A stretch of DNA of 62,033 bases, filler included, from Dugesia japonica (taxonomy: Eukaryota), in the NCBI GenBank assembly GCA_001938525.1. It is 6 parts of 6 records of this genome, joined end to end, with 100 filler letters (N's around TTAATTAATTAA, not from the genome) between each part and the next. Parts side by side here need not be neighbours in the genome. Positions count along the whole stretch, not along the records: positions 1 to 13,667 come from MQRL01585785.1; 5 more parts are not named here. One strand, given 5' to 3'. The translations under genes were made by a program, and so were the position numbers. Shown piece by piece: positions 1 through 13,767 of this stretch. The number at the start of each line of letters is the position of its first letter. Within the stretch, counting starts at the first letter, position 1. The notes beneath the pieces were generated by a model, which worked only from the letters and a program-made list of their open reading frames with translations, was not told the DNA's origin and ran no database searches.

Positions 1-65
<65 letters not shown>

Positions 66-110
66 GTATAATAAATAATAAAGTATAATAATAATAAAGT
101 ATAATAATAA
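1..110. repeat. (AAT)n microsatellite
   Basis: Direct AAT repeats with occasional AAAGT interruptions. Confidence 0.95.
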
Positions 111-490
111 AGAGCAACGTACAAGAGGCTGTTCTAAGCTGTATAACATGCCAGAAAGCTAAAGTGTCGAAAAAAGTATAATAGAACAATGCAATAAGTA
201 TGTAGCCTTGATTGCAATGACAAAACAAGATGAAGAGACCATACGGAAAGCAATATTGGAGAAGTGGATATTAAAGTTCGGGTGTCCGAGAGAAATTAGC
301 GTTGATTGTGGAAGAGCAATTGAGTCTAAACCAATGAAAGATTTTGCAGCTAAACATGGCATTACCATCAGGTTTTCGAGTTCATATCATCATAACACAA
401 ATGGGAAATTCAAGAGACAGTTTAAAACTATGCAGGATATGATTAATGGAACACTTAATAAAAGATAAACCTCAGATTGGGCGGATGTAT
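110..490 (+). mobile_element. Ty3/Gypsy integrase core fragment (degenerate)
   Basis: ORF 208-468: WILKFGCPREISVDCGRAIES and SSYHHNTNGKFKRQFKT are rve core motifs. Confidence 0.85.
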
Positions 491-1639
491 AGTAGATAGA
501 TATTGGCTCTTCGGCACAATTGCGCACTAGGACAATTTAGTGGGACCCCCCATCCCACGGGGGGGGGTTCAGAAACACATTACGATTGTGCTATGATTTC
601 TGTGCTATAATTTTATAGTTAGTTTTTTTCTAAGATTTTTGGGATCAAAATTTTTTGATTGGATCAAGTTTTTTTTGACCATATCAGTTTTTATTGATCC
701 TGTAGTTGTGTGTGTGTATTTTTAAAATTTAAAATTTATTTTTGTTTGAGTTGTTAGGGGCTTTTTACAAAAGTAGGTCAAGTTGATTTGTGTGTGTGTG
801 AAAGAGTGGTTTTGAACTCGAGGAGAAGCTGGAGATCCTGGAAATAATTTTTTTGAGGTTTTTAAGATGTGTTTGTTGTTGGACAAAAATTCGGTCAATA
901 CATTGTTTAAAGGACTAATGGTGTGCGATGGATGGTTTTTGTTAGAAGGGTAGTGACTCCACGGCACAGTCGTATGAGTTATCGTGGCGTGTTTTTTGTG
1001 AGGTTGTAGGTTTGTAGGGGGTTATTGGATTTGAATGGTAGATATGTTGTTAGAAAGGTAATGTGATGGAGAAGATTTTGTATGACGAATGTGCTTTGAT
1101 TTTTTATTTAAAGGGCCTTAATTTAATTGGTTGATTTTTGTAAGTGGTATTAGTGTGTTAAAAAAATTTCGGGACGGGGAGAGTTGTATGTATTGAAAGA
1201 GAATTAATTATCAGATTTTTTAATAATTATCTGAAATTTTTTTGTTGTGTGGGTATGAAGTCATAATCTTTTGAAATCTTTATTTTGGTTAAAAATGCTG
1301 TAATTTGCTTAAATTGATGAATTTATTGAAAGTAATGGCATTTTTGAATATTTGATGTATTTTTGAGTATTTTTTGAGTATTTTTGACTGGGAAGTGTGT
1401 GTTTTTTTATTTTTCGAACAGGGAATAGCGGAGTCTTGTGATTTTTTGGCGGGAAATTTAAAAAAAGTGTTGGCATGAAATTTAAAATTTGTTTTTTGTC
1501 GGTAAATTCAAAAAAGTATTTTTTGGTGGGAAATTCAAAAATTTATTTTTGTATAGGAAATTAAAAATTTTTTTTGAGCAGACTTTATATTTATGTATGA
1601 GATGGAGGAGTCTTGATGTTTAGAATGAGGTGTTTCTAT

Positions 1640-1915
1640 ATTTATCATGGTATGGGCAGTCTTGATATTTTGTATGGGCAGTTTCTATATTTAGCATGGT
1701 ATGGGGCAGTATTGATATTTTGCATGGTATGGGCAGTCTTAATATGTTGCATGGTATGGGCAGTCTCTATATTTAGCATGGTATGGGACAGTCTTGATAT
1801 TTTGTATGGGGCAGTCTCTATATTTAGGATGGTATGGGACAGTCTTGATATTTTGCATGGTATTGGACAGTCTTGATATTTTGCATGGACAAGTCTCTAT
1901 ATTTTGCATATGGGC
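1640..1915. repeat. ~30-bp minisatellite (GCAGTCTTGATATTTTGCATGGTATGGG-like) within a non-autonomous repeat
   Basis: About nine diverged tandem units. A reverse-complement copy of a unit and its flank recurs at ~40790-40860. ORF 1613-1876 is a by-product of the repeat. Confidence 0.85.
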
Positions 1916-2971
1916 AATTTCTAAAATCTTTTTTAAAAAACAATCAAAATCACAAATTAATTAGGAAATTAAAATAAATTAAAATTTTTGGTAATGACAA
2001 TTTTGTTTTGAAAGTTCAGAAGATTTTAAAATGATAATTTAATAGCAGGTGATTTTGTTTTGAAAATTATATGAAAGATTTTGTGAAAATTTTATTAACA
2101 AATGATCATTTTTTGTTTTGAAATTTTATGAAAATTTTTAAAGGATATGTTAGCAACAAATGATCATTTTTTTAAAATTTTGTGAAAATTTTAAAGGATG
2201 TGTTATTAAAAAATAATTATTTTCTGTAAATTTCAAATTAATTTAAATCAAGTTTAAAATCTACATTTTTAAATTTGTGAAAAATAATTTCCGATTAGAG
2301 TATGAAGTTTTGATTTGTTTGATTAAACAAATAATGATGGTTATAGTTTTTTTTTGAAATAAATTTTATGGAGTCAAATTTCCATGTTGATAATTCGAGT
2401 TCTCAAAACTCATCTAACAATTATTATTATTATTGTTAGTAAAATTTACTGTTACTTATTTAAAATTTTATTATGGAAATTTAAAATAATTTCAAATTTG
2501 AAAATTTTGTAATTTGAAATGTATTTATTATTGCCCATAGTAATATTTAAATATTTTTATTATTTTGTTTTTTCAATGTAATTTTTAAGTTTCCTGTGTC
2601 AATAAATTTTATATGATTTGGAAAATTTTCAGCTTCATTAATTTTTAAAAAGTAAATCAAAATTTATATTATAAAACCTAAATAAAATTTTACCCTAAAA
2701 ATCGAGAATTAAAATTAACATGAAATTTTCTTATTTAATATATATTTAAATGACACATTAATTTTTAAACAAAACACGTATGTAATCAAATTAATATCAA
2801 TTTCAAAGAAAATAAATAAAAGCGAAACGCATTTTAATTTTTGTTATTTTTACAGTTTTTAAGGGAAGAGGGTAGTTTGTACCCGATTTCTTCATTAATA
2901 ATATTAATTATTGATATTATATTATTTATTGATATTATAATAATTATTGATATTATATTAATTATTGATAG

Positions 2972-4420
2972 TCTATCTGTGATGCTAACATATTTAACAA
3001 TTCAAATGAATTTATATGCTACAATTCTAACATATGGAGCCACATTTGGTTTTGGTGTGGGAATATCTTATTCAGTTGTGATAGCAACCACAATAAAAGT
3101 ATTATTTAATTGTACGTTGACATTATGTTTATTAAAAATAGTGGTTTCCAAAAAATAGAGGTTTAGTAAGCGGAATTGTGGTAGCTGGATTTGGACTCGG
3201 ATCATTAATTTTTAATCAAATTCAAACAATGTATATAAACCCAAAAAATATTTCTCCAAATTATTCAATCACGGATTCAGATAAGTATAATGATTTATAT
3301 TGTATTTAAATGTTATTTTATACAAGTTCTATGTTTATTAAATAGAAAACTGTAAATTTGTGATTTGCATGTAAATATGACGGTAAAATATTTAAAGGAA
3401 ATATTTTTTGTTAGACTTCGAAATAAAGTTAAGCATAAATTTTATATTTAAAGCACAAAATGACACTGTAGCAAATATATATAGCTTTTAAGGAATTGGT
3501 TATCTAATAATGTCTGAGCACTAAAATCATATACACATTCAAACACTCAATCACGCATTCACATATTATCATATAAATATGTCAATTTACTTATATAAAG
3601 GTAAATATAAAAATATATTTATTCTTAATGATATCTCACATTAAGCTCTTTTAAAGTGTTTCAGACATTCAATATTTCTTATTATTTTTTTACTATTAAT
3701 AAGTTCTAATTTAAAACTTCTATCGTGTATTTTCTCTTTAATTATTGCTGGTCCTTCATATCTGTTTTCACTTTTATGTGGATTTTCTCTTTAAATTTAA
3801 ACCTCGTGACCAATATACAAGTTTCAATTGTAATTTCAAATTTGTGAAATTTTCACAGTTATTTAAATTGTTTTACGCTTTACATTTCTTTAATTTAAAT
3901 TGTTTTTATCATTCCTAACAATCCATTCTTTTTGCAAATTTTTCCCAAAAACTATTTCAACTGGAGATACATTCGTCATTCACTGAATTTTAGTGTTCAT
4001 CATAAATTTAATTTCTCGTAAAATTTCTGTCCAGTCCTGTATTTTTTTATCCTTTAAACTAATATAAATTGTATTTCTTAGAGTTCGAAATTGTTTTTCA
4101 ATTATTTCATTACTACTATGATGATTTGACTTGAGAATTGGCTTTCACAATTAAATTCATTAACTAATTGTTGGAATAGATTTGATTCCAATGATTTTCC
4201 ACGATCTTTATGTATTATTCTCGGTGCACAATATTTCAAAATCTAATTACTTTTTAATATTTTAACAGTGGTGTGAAACTGCGTTGAGAGATATAAATCT
4301 ACTGAATTTATCAATTACAGCTAATATATATTGTTTATCAAAATATGTTTTCTTTAAAAGACCATAAAAATCAATAGAAATTGTTTCAAAGATATCCTTA
4401 AAAAGAATACTAATAATTTT

Positions 4421-4461
<41 letters not shown>

Positions 4462-5479
4462 GTGCTAATTTTTAAAGTTTTTAAATAAATAAAATTGAAA
4501 ATTCATTTAATTTACGATATTTCAAGGCATTAATTAGATCTTTAGCAAGGTCTGCATGCTCTAAAAATGCATCTTTACATCGTGTTCCAAAATCTTTAAC
4601 CTTTGAATCCACTGTTTTATATAATTTGACTGCGTTCGTTGTCANNNNNNNNNNNNNNNNNATTTTCTTTAATTGATTCTAAGTCATAGAAATTTCAAAA
4701 AATCAGTTTGCTCCATCGTAAATTTTTTCAATATTTCCTCCTATCTCGAAAATCTTGGATGTTGGAAACAACGAGTTCAAGATTGGCGTGGTTGCCATGT
4801 TAGACTTGGAAATAGATTTAAGCATTAATATATATTTCAAATACAAATTTAAGTCTAGAAATTAAAAGTTAGTTTAAATTTTTAATAACAAATGAATTGT
4901 ATATCAGATCAAACTTCTGAGATAATAGTTATGTTTCTCAAGCTTTTCCGAGTCCGGCAATATTAAGTTTGTCATCATACCATGTATCGACTCGTTTCAA
5001 TTGTGATTTTAAAAGTGATGTATTTCGGATGGGCTGATGCGCCACTTCTATGTGCTTTCTTGACCATAATTTTGTTGTCATGAACGAAGAATTTTTCATT
5101 ATCAGTCCTCAAAAATTTGAAACCCCCAACCGTAGAAGGCTCATGCGCCACTATCTACCCATTATATTTTATATTTTACAAGATTGTTCAATAGTCTTCA
5201 ATAGAACATAGGTCAATTTATTCAGACACAAACTTTAAATAATAAATTATTTCGAATTAAATTTAATTCCATTTATATATTTCAGATATTTTACAAACAT
5301 TGAAGTCTTAGAAAGAGTTCCGAAGTGTTTTCTTTTAACTGGAATTATTTATGCTTCTCTCCAAATATGTGGTTGCCTTTTATTATTTACACCACTTTAT
5401 TCTGTAATTACAGTTATAATTTGTAAATTTAAAACATTAATTTTACTATTTATTCTAGATTAATATTGACTCACATAAG
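2972..5479 (+). CDS. Host MFS transporter, oxalate:formate antiporter-like; internal exons 2972-3098, 3142-3284, 5286-5403 and probable micro-exon 5459-5479
   Basis: GT-AG introns with compatible phases give an open spliced frame: LSVMLTYLTIQMNLYATILTYGATFGFGVGISYSVVIATTIK|WFPKNRGLVSGIVVAGFGLGSLIFNQIQTMYINPKNISPNYSITDSDK|YFTNIEVLERVPKCFLLTGIIYASLQICGCLLLFTPLYS|INIDSHK. The WFP..RG...G+V+AGFG.G motif is typical of OFA-type MFS. Gene ends not identified. Confidence 0.88.
3409..4860 (-). mobile_element. Internally deleted Gypsy LTR retrotransposon in the MFS intron
   Basis: 3' LTR 3409-3640 (minus strand TGTGAGA...GTCTAACA), integrase remnant, gag start, PBS TGGCAACCACG (4787-4797, minus; tRNA-Arg-like) and partial 5' LTR from 4798. 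Same LTR family as 11242-11470 and 35113-35342. Confidence 0.8.
4422..4461. repeat. (CAT)n microsatellite
   Basis: Perfect TCA/CAT run. Confidence 0.95.
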
Positions 5480-5649
5480 GTAAACTATTATTACTAAAAA
5501 TGTTATATAAATTTTTATAATTGTAAATATTTATTTCCAATTCAAAGAATTTAGAAAACACGTTTAATAATCGTTAATTAATTTAAATAGTCTTAATTAT
5601 TGAAAGCTCATTATTTTTTTAGTAATTTTATTTTAGTTTATTAAAATAT

Positions 5650-7000
5650 TAGAGTGATGAACAAAAGAAAATATGTCAAATTAACAAAAAATGAAAAAAT
5701 GGAAATTTTAAGATATCGTTCAATTTCCGAAAACAGGAGTTGCCACTATCTTTTCAGAAAAATTTCATAAAGGCATCTCAAGAAGATCAATTAATGATAT
5801 AAGAAAAAAGGACGAATTTTTAGAAAATGTGAATTCAGAAATTATTAGTAGAACACCAAATTTGAAACAATTGACACTTTTCTATCAAGATGGGTAGATA
5901 ATTTAGCGATGGTTTAGGAAATTGTAACAAATAATTTACTACTTGAAAAAGCACTACAGTTTGCTAAAGCAAAAGATATTGTAGATGTTAAAGAATCGGA
6001 GGGATGGCTTATATAATTTAAAGAAAGGCATGGTTTAAAACTTAAAACTTTAAATGGAGAATCTTTTCATATAATTTCTAATAATTATTCGGAAATTTTG
6101 AGTAAGTTAACAAAAATAAACACCCATGGAGAAGAAAATGTTTACAATGCTGATAAAACGGTATATTTTATAAGTTGATTCCATTTAAAAGTGTCTGTAA
6201 AACAACACATCCTGGCTTTAAAATTTTGAAAAATCGCCTTTCAGTCGTATTTTGTGTGAATATGACAGGAACAATCAAAACAAAACCTTAAGTCATTGGA
6301 AAATGTGCAAGTTCACGATGTTTTAAGGGATTCGATTCGAAAGAACTAGTCAAATACAAACATTCATCTATAGCTAGGATAACTGCAGAAACTTTTAATA
6401 ACTGGTTATTAGAATGGAATCTGGAATTGAAAAAATACAAAAACGTGTTACTAGTGATAGATAATTGTTCTGCACACAGAATTGATGTAAATTTGCGGAG
6501 CATTGAAGTTTATTTTTTGCCACGAAATTCAAGTTCTGTGACCCAACCTTAAGACCAGGGTATTATTAAAGCCTTTAAATCACAATTTTCGAGTAATACA
6601 TGTCGGTATATTGTTGAACCGATCGTTTGTGGTTAATATACATTTACAGCATACAAAAATTTAACAGTCAAAGATGCAATAATTTACACGTATTTTGCAT
6701 GGGAAGAAGTTAGCAAGGCAACAATTATAAATTGTTTACGTCATGCTTGTTATAAAAATACCCAGGATGAATCGTTTGAGCTTGGAAATTATAGCATTGA
6801 GCATTTTGAGGAATTTATTTTAAAAGCTAAAATTGATTAAACAATTCTTGAAAATGAATTCTATTTGTTAGGTTATGATGAAAGCCAAGGAAAAGAAAAA
6901 TCAATTGCAGTTGAGTTTAGAAAACGAAACAGGTGATATCCAAGATAGTATTGCAATGCAATTTATCACAAAGAAAAATGCAAAAAAGACACTCAAAACT
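5650..7000 (+). mobile_element. Tigger/pogo (CENP-B HTH + DDE_1) transposase pseudogene
   Basis: Broken frames give SEGWLYKFKERHG, NVYNADKT, RLSVVFCVNMTG, VLLVIDNCSAH and FLPRNSSSVTQP*DQGIIKAFK. Confidence 0.88.
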
Positions 7001-7049
7001 TTTAATTATTTTAATCTGTCTCATGAGGTATTTCAGGAATTGATCAAAT

Positions 7050-9249
7050 AAGCAAAGCATTAAAGCTAAAGGAAAGGTGCACCAGTTTAAAAATGTAGCT
7101 TTTATAAAAAATAAAGTTTTGAACATTCTATCAATGAATCATCCCAAATATATCAGATATTTTAACTCCATTACATGATTTAGTTGCTAAAGTCAGCAAA
7201 ACTAAAAAATTGTTCAAGTGGACAGAAACTCAAAAAATGGCATTTCAAAGCACGAAATCCAACTTGCATCAGATAAAAACAAAGATACCTATAGATCGTA
7301 ACACAGAATTTATTTTATGTACCGATGCATTTAACACTGGGGTTATAGGCAGTCTCAAAAATGACATTAACGATTAGTTGCAGTCAATTTCATTCTTTTC
7401 AAAAAAATTAAACAAGACAAAAAAGAAGTATGTCACATTTGATCGTAAACGTTTAGCAATATTTAGCAACCAAAAATTTCAAATATATAATAGAAGGCAA
7501 CCAATGCAAATTGAGCAAAGACCACAAACCATTAAAGTACATGAAAACAATAAAAATTCATTAAACAAACTATTGCGACAGATCGAATACATTACTCAAT
7601 TCCACAACAACACCTGAAAGAAAGCGATAATGTAGTCACAGATTTTTTGTCAAGGATAACGGAAGATGACAATAAACTCGAAATTTTGAAACTTTCCAAA
7701 GAACGTTTAGTTGATGAACAAACATACGACAGATCGATTCAAGAAAAATTTCAGCTAATCTAAAAACACGGCGACAATGTTATGGTTGAGGTTTTTGATG
7801 GTCTAGAAAGAATAATATTGTCAAGTTGCTTCAAATTTGAAGAATTCCAGAGATTAAACAACTTCACACATCCCGAGGCTAATAACTCTATAAAAATGGT
7901 CAAAAAACAATATGTCTGGCCCAACATGAAATCAGACATAAAGAGATGGACAAGAAAATGTCTTAAATGCCAAAAAACCAAAATATCTAGACACACAAAA
8001 TCAACCTTAGGATCACCAACGAATCTAGGAAGATTTAAAATTCTACACGTTGACATAATAGGTCCTTTGCAAAAAGATATGGGTAAAAAATATTTATTGA
8101 CTATAATTGACAGGCACACATCGTGGACGGAAGCAGTACCATTGGGGGAGATAACAACGTAAAATGTTATTGCGACTTTAGAAAGAGAATGGCTCAACAG
8201 ATTTGGTAGTTCCAAAATACTGAGCACAGATCAATAAAAGTAATTTACCTCATCAGCATTTCAAGAAATGTGTAATAAACATGGTATCAATTACAGGACT
8301 ACAACAGCATATCATCCACAATTTAATGGAAAAGTTGAGCGATTTCACAAATCCATGAAAACCGCACTCAGAGCGCACTGCAATAATGCCGAGAAAACAT
8401 GTTGCAAAGACTTTCCAAAAGTAATGCTGGGATTATGTAATTCAAAACTATTAGATCATGGAGTTTCACCAGCACATATATCGTGTTTGGTTCAATGATC
8501 CGGATTCCAGGGGACCAGAAAATCAGCATTCATTTTGAGGAACTATCACCAAAAGAAGTGCAAAGAAAAATAAAAATTACTGATAATCAACATCGACCGT
8601 GGAAACGAAAATGCAAGACTTTCCTTCCTAATGAATTATACGACTGTAAACAAGTGTGGTTAAGAAATGAAAACCCAAAAAGTTTACAGTACTCATATGA
8701 TAGATCATTCGAAGTAATCGACTTAATTGCAGATATAAAAATCTTAAAAATCAAGATCGATGACGAAGATAAAAATGTTTCTGTAAATCGCCTGAAGTCA
8801 ATAATCAATCATATTGAAATTACTCCATAATTCTGGTGATGGGCAGTGTTGAGTCACAAATATAATTTGTTTGAATCAATTATTTGTGATATTAAATAAA
8901 CTTTGAAATTCAAATCTTGATGCAGATTGTTGCTAGCTTTGATGGTCAACTGGCTACTGCAACTAATAAGTCAAAAGTCTGCCAAACATTGCAGAAAAAA
9001 ATTGCAATGTTAGTATTTCAGATGTCTTAACTCAAATGTCTTAACAAAAAGTCGAATACACCCGAAGGGATAAAACCCAGGGTATATAAATCTGGGAATT
9101 GGAACCCAAAATAGAGACAAAAATCAGAACCTAATCAGACTCCAACTCACCTAGTTCTCAATTTCATCTTCAATCCCTCCACCTAAAGAGATACGGAAAA
9201 TTGTCGTTGATCCCTACTCCAACGAGAATAAAACTTCAAGGTCACAACA
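7050..9249 (+). mobile_element. Gypsy pol 3' half (RNase H, integrase) plus 3' LTR 8847-9249
   Basis: LCTDAFN (RNase H); zinc-finger region KQYVWPNMKSDIKRWTRKCLKCQK; HVDIIGPL; TAYHPQFNGKVERFH. A purine-rich tract precedes an LTR with TGTTG...CAACA termini. Confidence 0.88.
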
Positions 9250-9269
9250 ATTTCCAACTTATCCGTCTA

Positions 9270-11470
9270 TTCCAGATTTTTAATACCTTTTCATCAACTC
9301 TATACGTCTGTATTTCAAACATTCTGAATTCTGCAATATTACTTGATTAGGTGATAGTAATTCCATAATTTCGAAAGGCCCATCATATATATATATATAT
9401 ATATAATCGTTTATATTTCGTTTTGCCGCATCTCTCTTTACCAGAAATTTATCTCCTACTTTAAATTCCCTTTCAACTCGGTTTCCTTCTTGATTCATCA
9501 TTGTTTTGAAGATACGTTTCGGTTACTATCGGCCTTTTCCAGAACTTCTTTGCGGTTACTCATGAATTCTTTCGTTGAATAAATATTAATTTTTCTTCCG
9601 TAGATAACTTCCATCGAAGAGAATCTTGTCGCCCTTTGATATCGTACAACTGAATGAAAACTCCACATTTGAAAGAATTTCATTCCAATACTTCTCTTCT
9701 CTTCCAGATTTCAAGGATGTTACTACCATATATATGACAGCTCTAATTCCACGTTCTGTTAAACCATTTGACTTATGCTCACGGGAAGATGTAAATATCA
9801 ATGATATATGGAATCTTGAATCAAATTATTGTAAAGCCTTTCATTCATACACTTTTTCTCGATCAGAAATAACGCGTTTAGGTTTTCCATATTTCTAAAT
9901 ACAGTTATTTAATAATGCACTTTTAATTGTGTTTTCGTTTTGATTTGTGACTGCATAAGGACTGACTAACTTGTTGAACTGATCAATTATGACTATCATG
10001 CACTTTTTGTTGGGTTTACTGTTATACACATATGCAAAATCTATCACAAAATGTTCCATCGGGTTAGCTGCATATCTTGCTATAAATGTTTCCTTAACTT
10101 TCTTACTAAGTCATCAATCAACAAATATTTACATTCATTCAAGAAAACTAAATCATTCATATTTTTATAATTTTCATTATTTTCATCAAACAAACCTTCA
10201 CCAGCATTCTTATCACATATATTAGTGTTCAAAACATTATTATCTAACCTAGATTTATAGCTCCAACTGCATCCTCCATCATCAGAGCTTTGGAATTTCC
10301 CGAATTATCTCCTTGATCGACTCCATCACTGGGACAGGCATCATCATAATCATCATTATCATAATCATTCATTTGAAATCTTCATGGCTTGTTATACATT
10401 TATCTTCTTTCTGCTCTATAAGGATTAATTTAATGGCATTGAAATCGGAGATGTCCTAAATTCTTAGAGTGTGAACATTTAAAATTAGAACATTGTGAGC
10501 GTGTGTGACCTTCTTCTCTTCATGCCCAACATTTTCTCAGTCTAAAAGTCTAAACATTGGGTTCATAATTTCACCATAGAATTTCCGGTATTTCTTCGAT
10601 ATATCTTGGAATCATATTTCCGCTCATAACTTTTACTTTGATTTAAATTTACATTGAATCTCGGTTTATTAAATCTACTATTTGAATTTGAAATTTCACG
10701 CTCTAATGCATATGTAACTTTTTACTTCAACGCTGATATTCCATATTCTGGTTCCATTTCATTTTTCAATCCCTCAATTTTAATTATAACTTCTTTCGAT
10801 TTTTCTACATCTTCTATATCTCGCATTTTAATTTCCTTTTTTACTTCATTATCGTCCATTGAATTTTAAAAAATAAATTTGACAAGTTTTTCCTTCGTTA
10901 ACTGGTGACGAGAATATTATCTGCTAATTTTTCTACTTTTGAAAAAAATGATATTGAGGATTTATTTAATCAAGGCATTAATTAGATCTTTACCTAAGTC
11001 TACAGGCTCTGACAATGTTTCTCTACATCTTGTTTCGAAATCTTCAATTTTTGAATCGACTGCTTCATATAATTTGACTGCGTCTGTTGTCATAAAAGCT
11101 TTTATAATTATTTTCTTTAATTGATTCGAAGTCATGGAAATTTCAAAAATCTGTTTGCTTCTGCAATAAATTTTTCAATATTTCTTATCTCGAAAATTTT
11201 GGATGTTAGAATCCACGAGTTCAGGATTGGTGTGTTTGCCATGTTAGACTTGGAAAACAAATTAAGCATAAATATATATTCTAAACACAAAATGATATTG
11301 AAAAAATATATATAGCTTTTGAGGAATCAATTATGAAATAATGTCTGTACTAAAATCATACACACATTCAAACAGTCAATCACGCATTCACCTAATATCG
11401 TTTTATATCTCAATTTAGTTATATAAAGGTCAATATGAAGATATTATATTATTCTTAGTCATATCTCACA
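9270..11470 (-). mobile_element. Degenerate Gypsy element (integrase, gag, PBS, 5' LTR 11242-11470)
   Basis: SNGLTERGIR integrase motif; C-terminal FKVGDKFLVK...YDGPFEI; PBS TGGCAAACAC next to the LTR; gag start homologous to 4500-4790. Confidence 0.82.
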
Positions 11471-11495
11471 AACTATATTAATTTTTTTCAAATAA

Positions 11496-12669
11496 TGTTG
11501 GGACAGAACTCAACCAAAATCAAAATGAATGTTGAATAAAATTGAAAATGTAGTATNTGAACCTAAAGTGGAATTAGTGTGAATTAGTAACAAATATACA
11601 TTATTTCCAAAAAGATGCAATAAATTTAATGAAGATCATAATTAATTCGCACTAAAACAATATGAATATTATACAGAAAATTGGAAGAGGCAATAATTCA
11701 AAATAATATTCCAAAATAGTTTCAAAAATAGATAAAAAGTATAAGAAAATGGTGGGAAAAGCTAATAAAATTTGGAAAAAAACAATTAATAAAACCCAAA
11801 AATGTATCAGCTTTTTCGCAAATACTCACCAATGATCAAATTCTGTTTACAATAAAACTGTATAAAAGGAGCTCACAATTTGGTAAAAATCTTGTTTATA
11901 CCGTAAACCTCAATTTCAGCATCACTAAGAACAGCACGAAAATATATCGTTACCAAATATTTCTTTAACAAATAATAAAATTCGGATTAAGCACGATTTA
12001 TTCTAATATGTTTAGATACGGTCGAAAACGCTCAACAAAATATTGCTAACTTGCATTTATTCCAGCTGCAACCCAGTAGAACCTTTGGACAAAATGTACA
12101 AATCGCGGTCAGTTTCGATGGTAAACTGGCTATGACGACAAAATGGTCCAGGGCATGTCAAGCCCTACAAGAAAAAATAGGGATGTTAGTATTCGAGATG
12201 TCCCAGAGAGTATACCCGGAGGGACACAGCCCAGGGTATGAGAATATGGAGTTGGAAGCCGAAGTTGAATGGCTCCGTATGGAAAGTAAACAGTTAAGGA
12301 ACTCCAACGCAACAGGCCATCAACATCCTCTGCAGTTCCTCCTACCAGGAAAGTCCGAAAGATATTTGTGAACTTGTCAGAAGATAATTGATTGTTCAAC
12401 TATCTATCAATAACGATTAAGGACCTATTGTACTTTGTTATGTAAAATATTATATTTACAAACTATTGATTTCTTTCCTTATACGACTTCTATCGTTGAA
12501 ATCAAGAACGAACCCAAATTACACGCAGGTAGTGCGCTCATGCACTCTTGAAGTCGGGCAAGAGTCACCGGGACTGCCATCAACATACTTTAGGATGAGT
12601 ATATTAAATCCCAGTTTGCGGGTTGTGAGTGATATAATTTGTTGAGGCATATCACTTGTTAGCATAACA
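11496..12669 (+). mobile_element. Probable long solo LTR carrying a degraded ORF (open frame ~12003-12371)
   Basis: TGTTG start and ...TAACA end with a possible 4-bp ATAA TSD (low information); an alternative end is CAACA at 12585. Coding-level similarity to the LTR at 8920-9120. Confidence 0.5.
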
Positions 12670-13189
12670 ATAATAACAGAAAATATAAATATACATTTTT
12701 TATTATTGAATATATGTTTTTTAATTTTTAATTTTTTTTAAAATTTTCTTTTAATTTTTTTTAAAATTTTCTTTTATTTTAGTTTTATGATTTATTTATG
12801 TTTTTATTTTATGATTTAATTTTTAAATGCTTAATGTTATATTTGTGTTATAGTTATATTTTACAATTGCAATTATTACGAGAATAATTGTTGGACTTAA
12901 CCNNNNNNNNNNNNNNNNNNNNNNNNNNNNNNNNNNNNNNNNNNNNNNNNNNNNNNNNNNNNNNNNNNNNNNNNNNNNNNNNNNNNNNNNNNNNNNNNNN
13001 NNNNNNNNNNNNNNNNNNNNNNNNNNNNNNNNNNNNNNNNNNNNNNNNNNNNNNNNNNNNNNNNNNNNNNNNNNNNNNNNNNNNNNNNNNNNNNNNNNNT
13101 TTTTTTATTATTAATTTAATTTCTATTATTTTTAATAAATTGAAGTTACTAATGTTTTTTTATTATTATAATTATTATTAACCACATTC

Positions 13190-13660
13190 AGATCTATCCT
13201 CTTTAATCTATATTTATTCGTGTTTCTTCCTATGAAGTGTAGAAATGTAGCCTATTCCTAATGTTTTCTATGTTAGTTAAGGTTTTTCTGAAAAGGCTTC
13301 ACTTTCTTTTGAATATAACTGTTGGATTATGTTTGAGATATGATTTTTTAGTATATTTTGTATGATTTGGCTACATTTCTCGTTAATAAAAGTAATTTAA
13401 TTATTGTTTGTTTTTTGTTTGATTTCATTAAATTTTGTATTCGAGAATAAATACTTAGAAACAAATTTATTTGGATAGACATTTTTTGAGAATTTATTTG
13501 GAATCAAATTGAGGGAAGTCAATCTCATTTCTTCATTTTGAAGATAGACTTTCAGCTCTTATTCTTTCATCCTTGATTATTCCAATTTTCTGTCTGATGA
13601 TAGTATTATTAATCCAAGGTATTGTATGTCCGCTATGAAATGGTTTTATATATATAATTG
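13190..13660 (-). mobile_element. Penelope-like retroelement remnant
   Basis: Minus-strand fragment FSKNVYPNKFVSK resembles the N.YP helical region C-terminal to PLE reverse transcriptase; heavily decayed. Confidence 0.35.
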
Positions 13661-13667
13661 AGTAGTT

Positions 13668-13767
13668 NNNNNNNNNNNNNNNNNNNNNNNNNNNNNNNNN
13701 NNNNNNNNNNNTTAATTAATTAANNNNNNNNNNNNNNNNNNNNNNNNNNNNNNNNNNNNNNNNNNNN
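13668..13767. other. Assembly spacer N-TTAATTAATTAA-N (also at 22155, 31199, 45308, 53906)
   Basis: Identical 12-mer with stops in all six frames, centred in ~100-nt N blocks; an artificial contig linker. Confidence 0.95.

Noticed and set aside
1613-1876. Hydrophobic repetitive ORF or CRISPR-like array
   Set aside because: It is the translation of a ~30-bp minisatellite with no unique spacers, no cas genes and a eukaryotic context.
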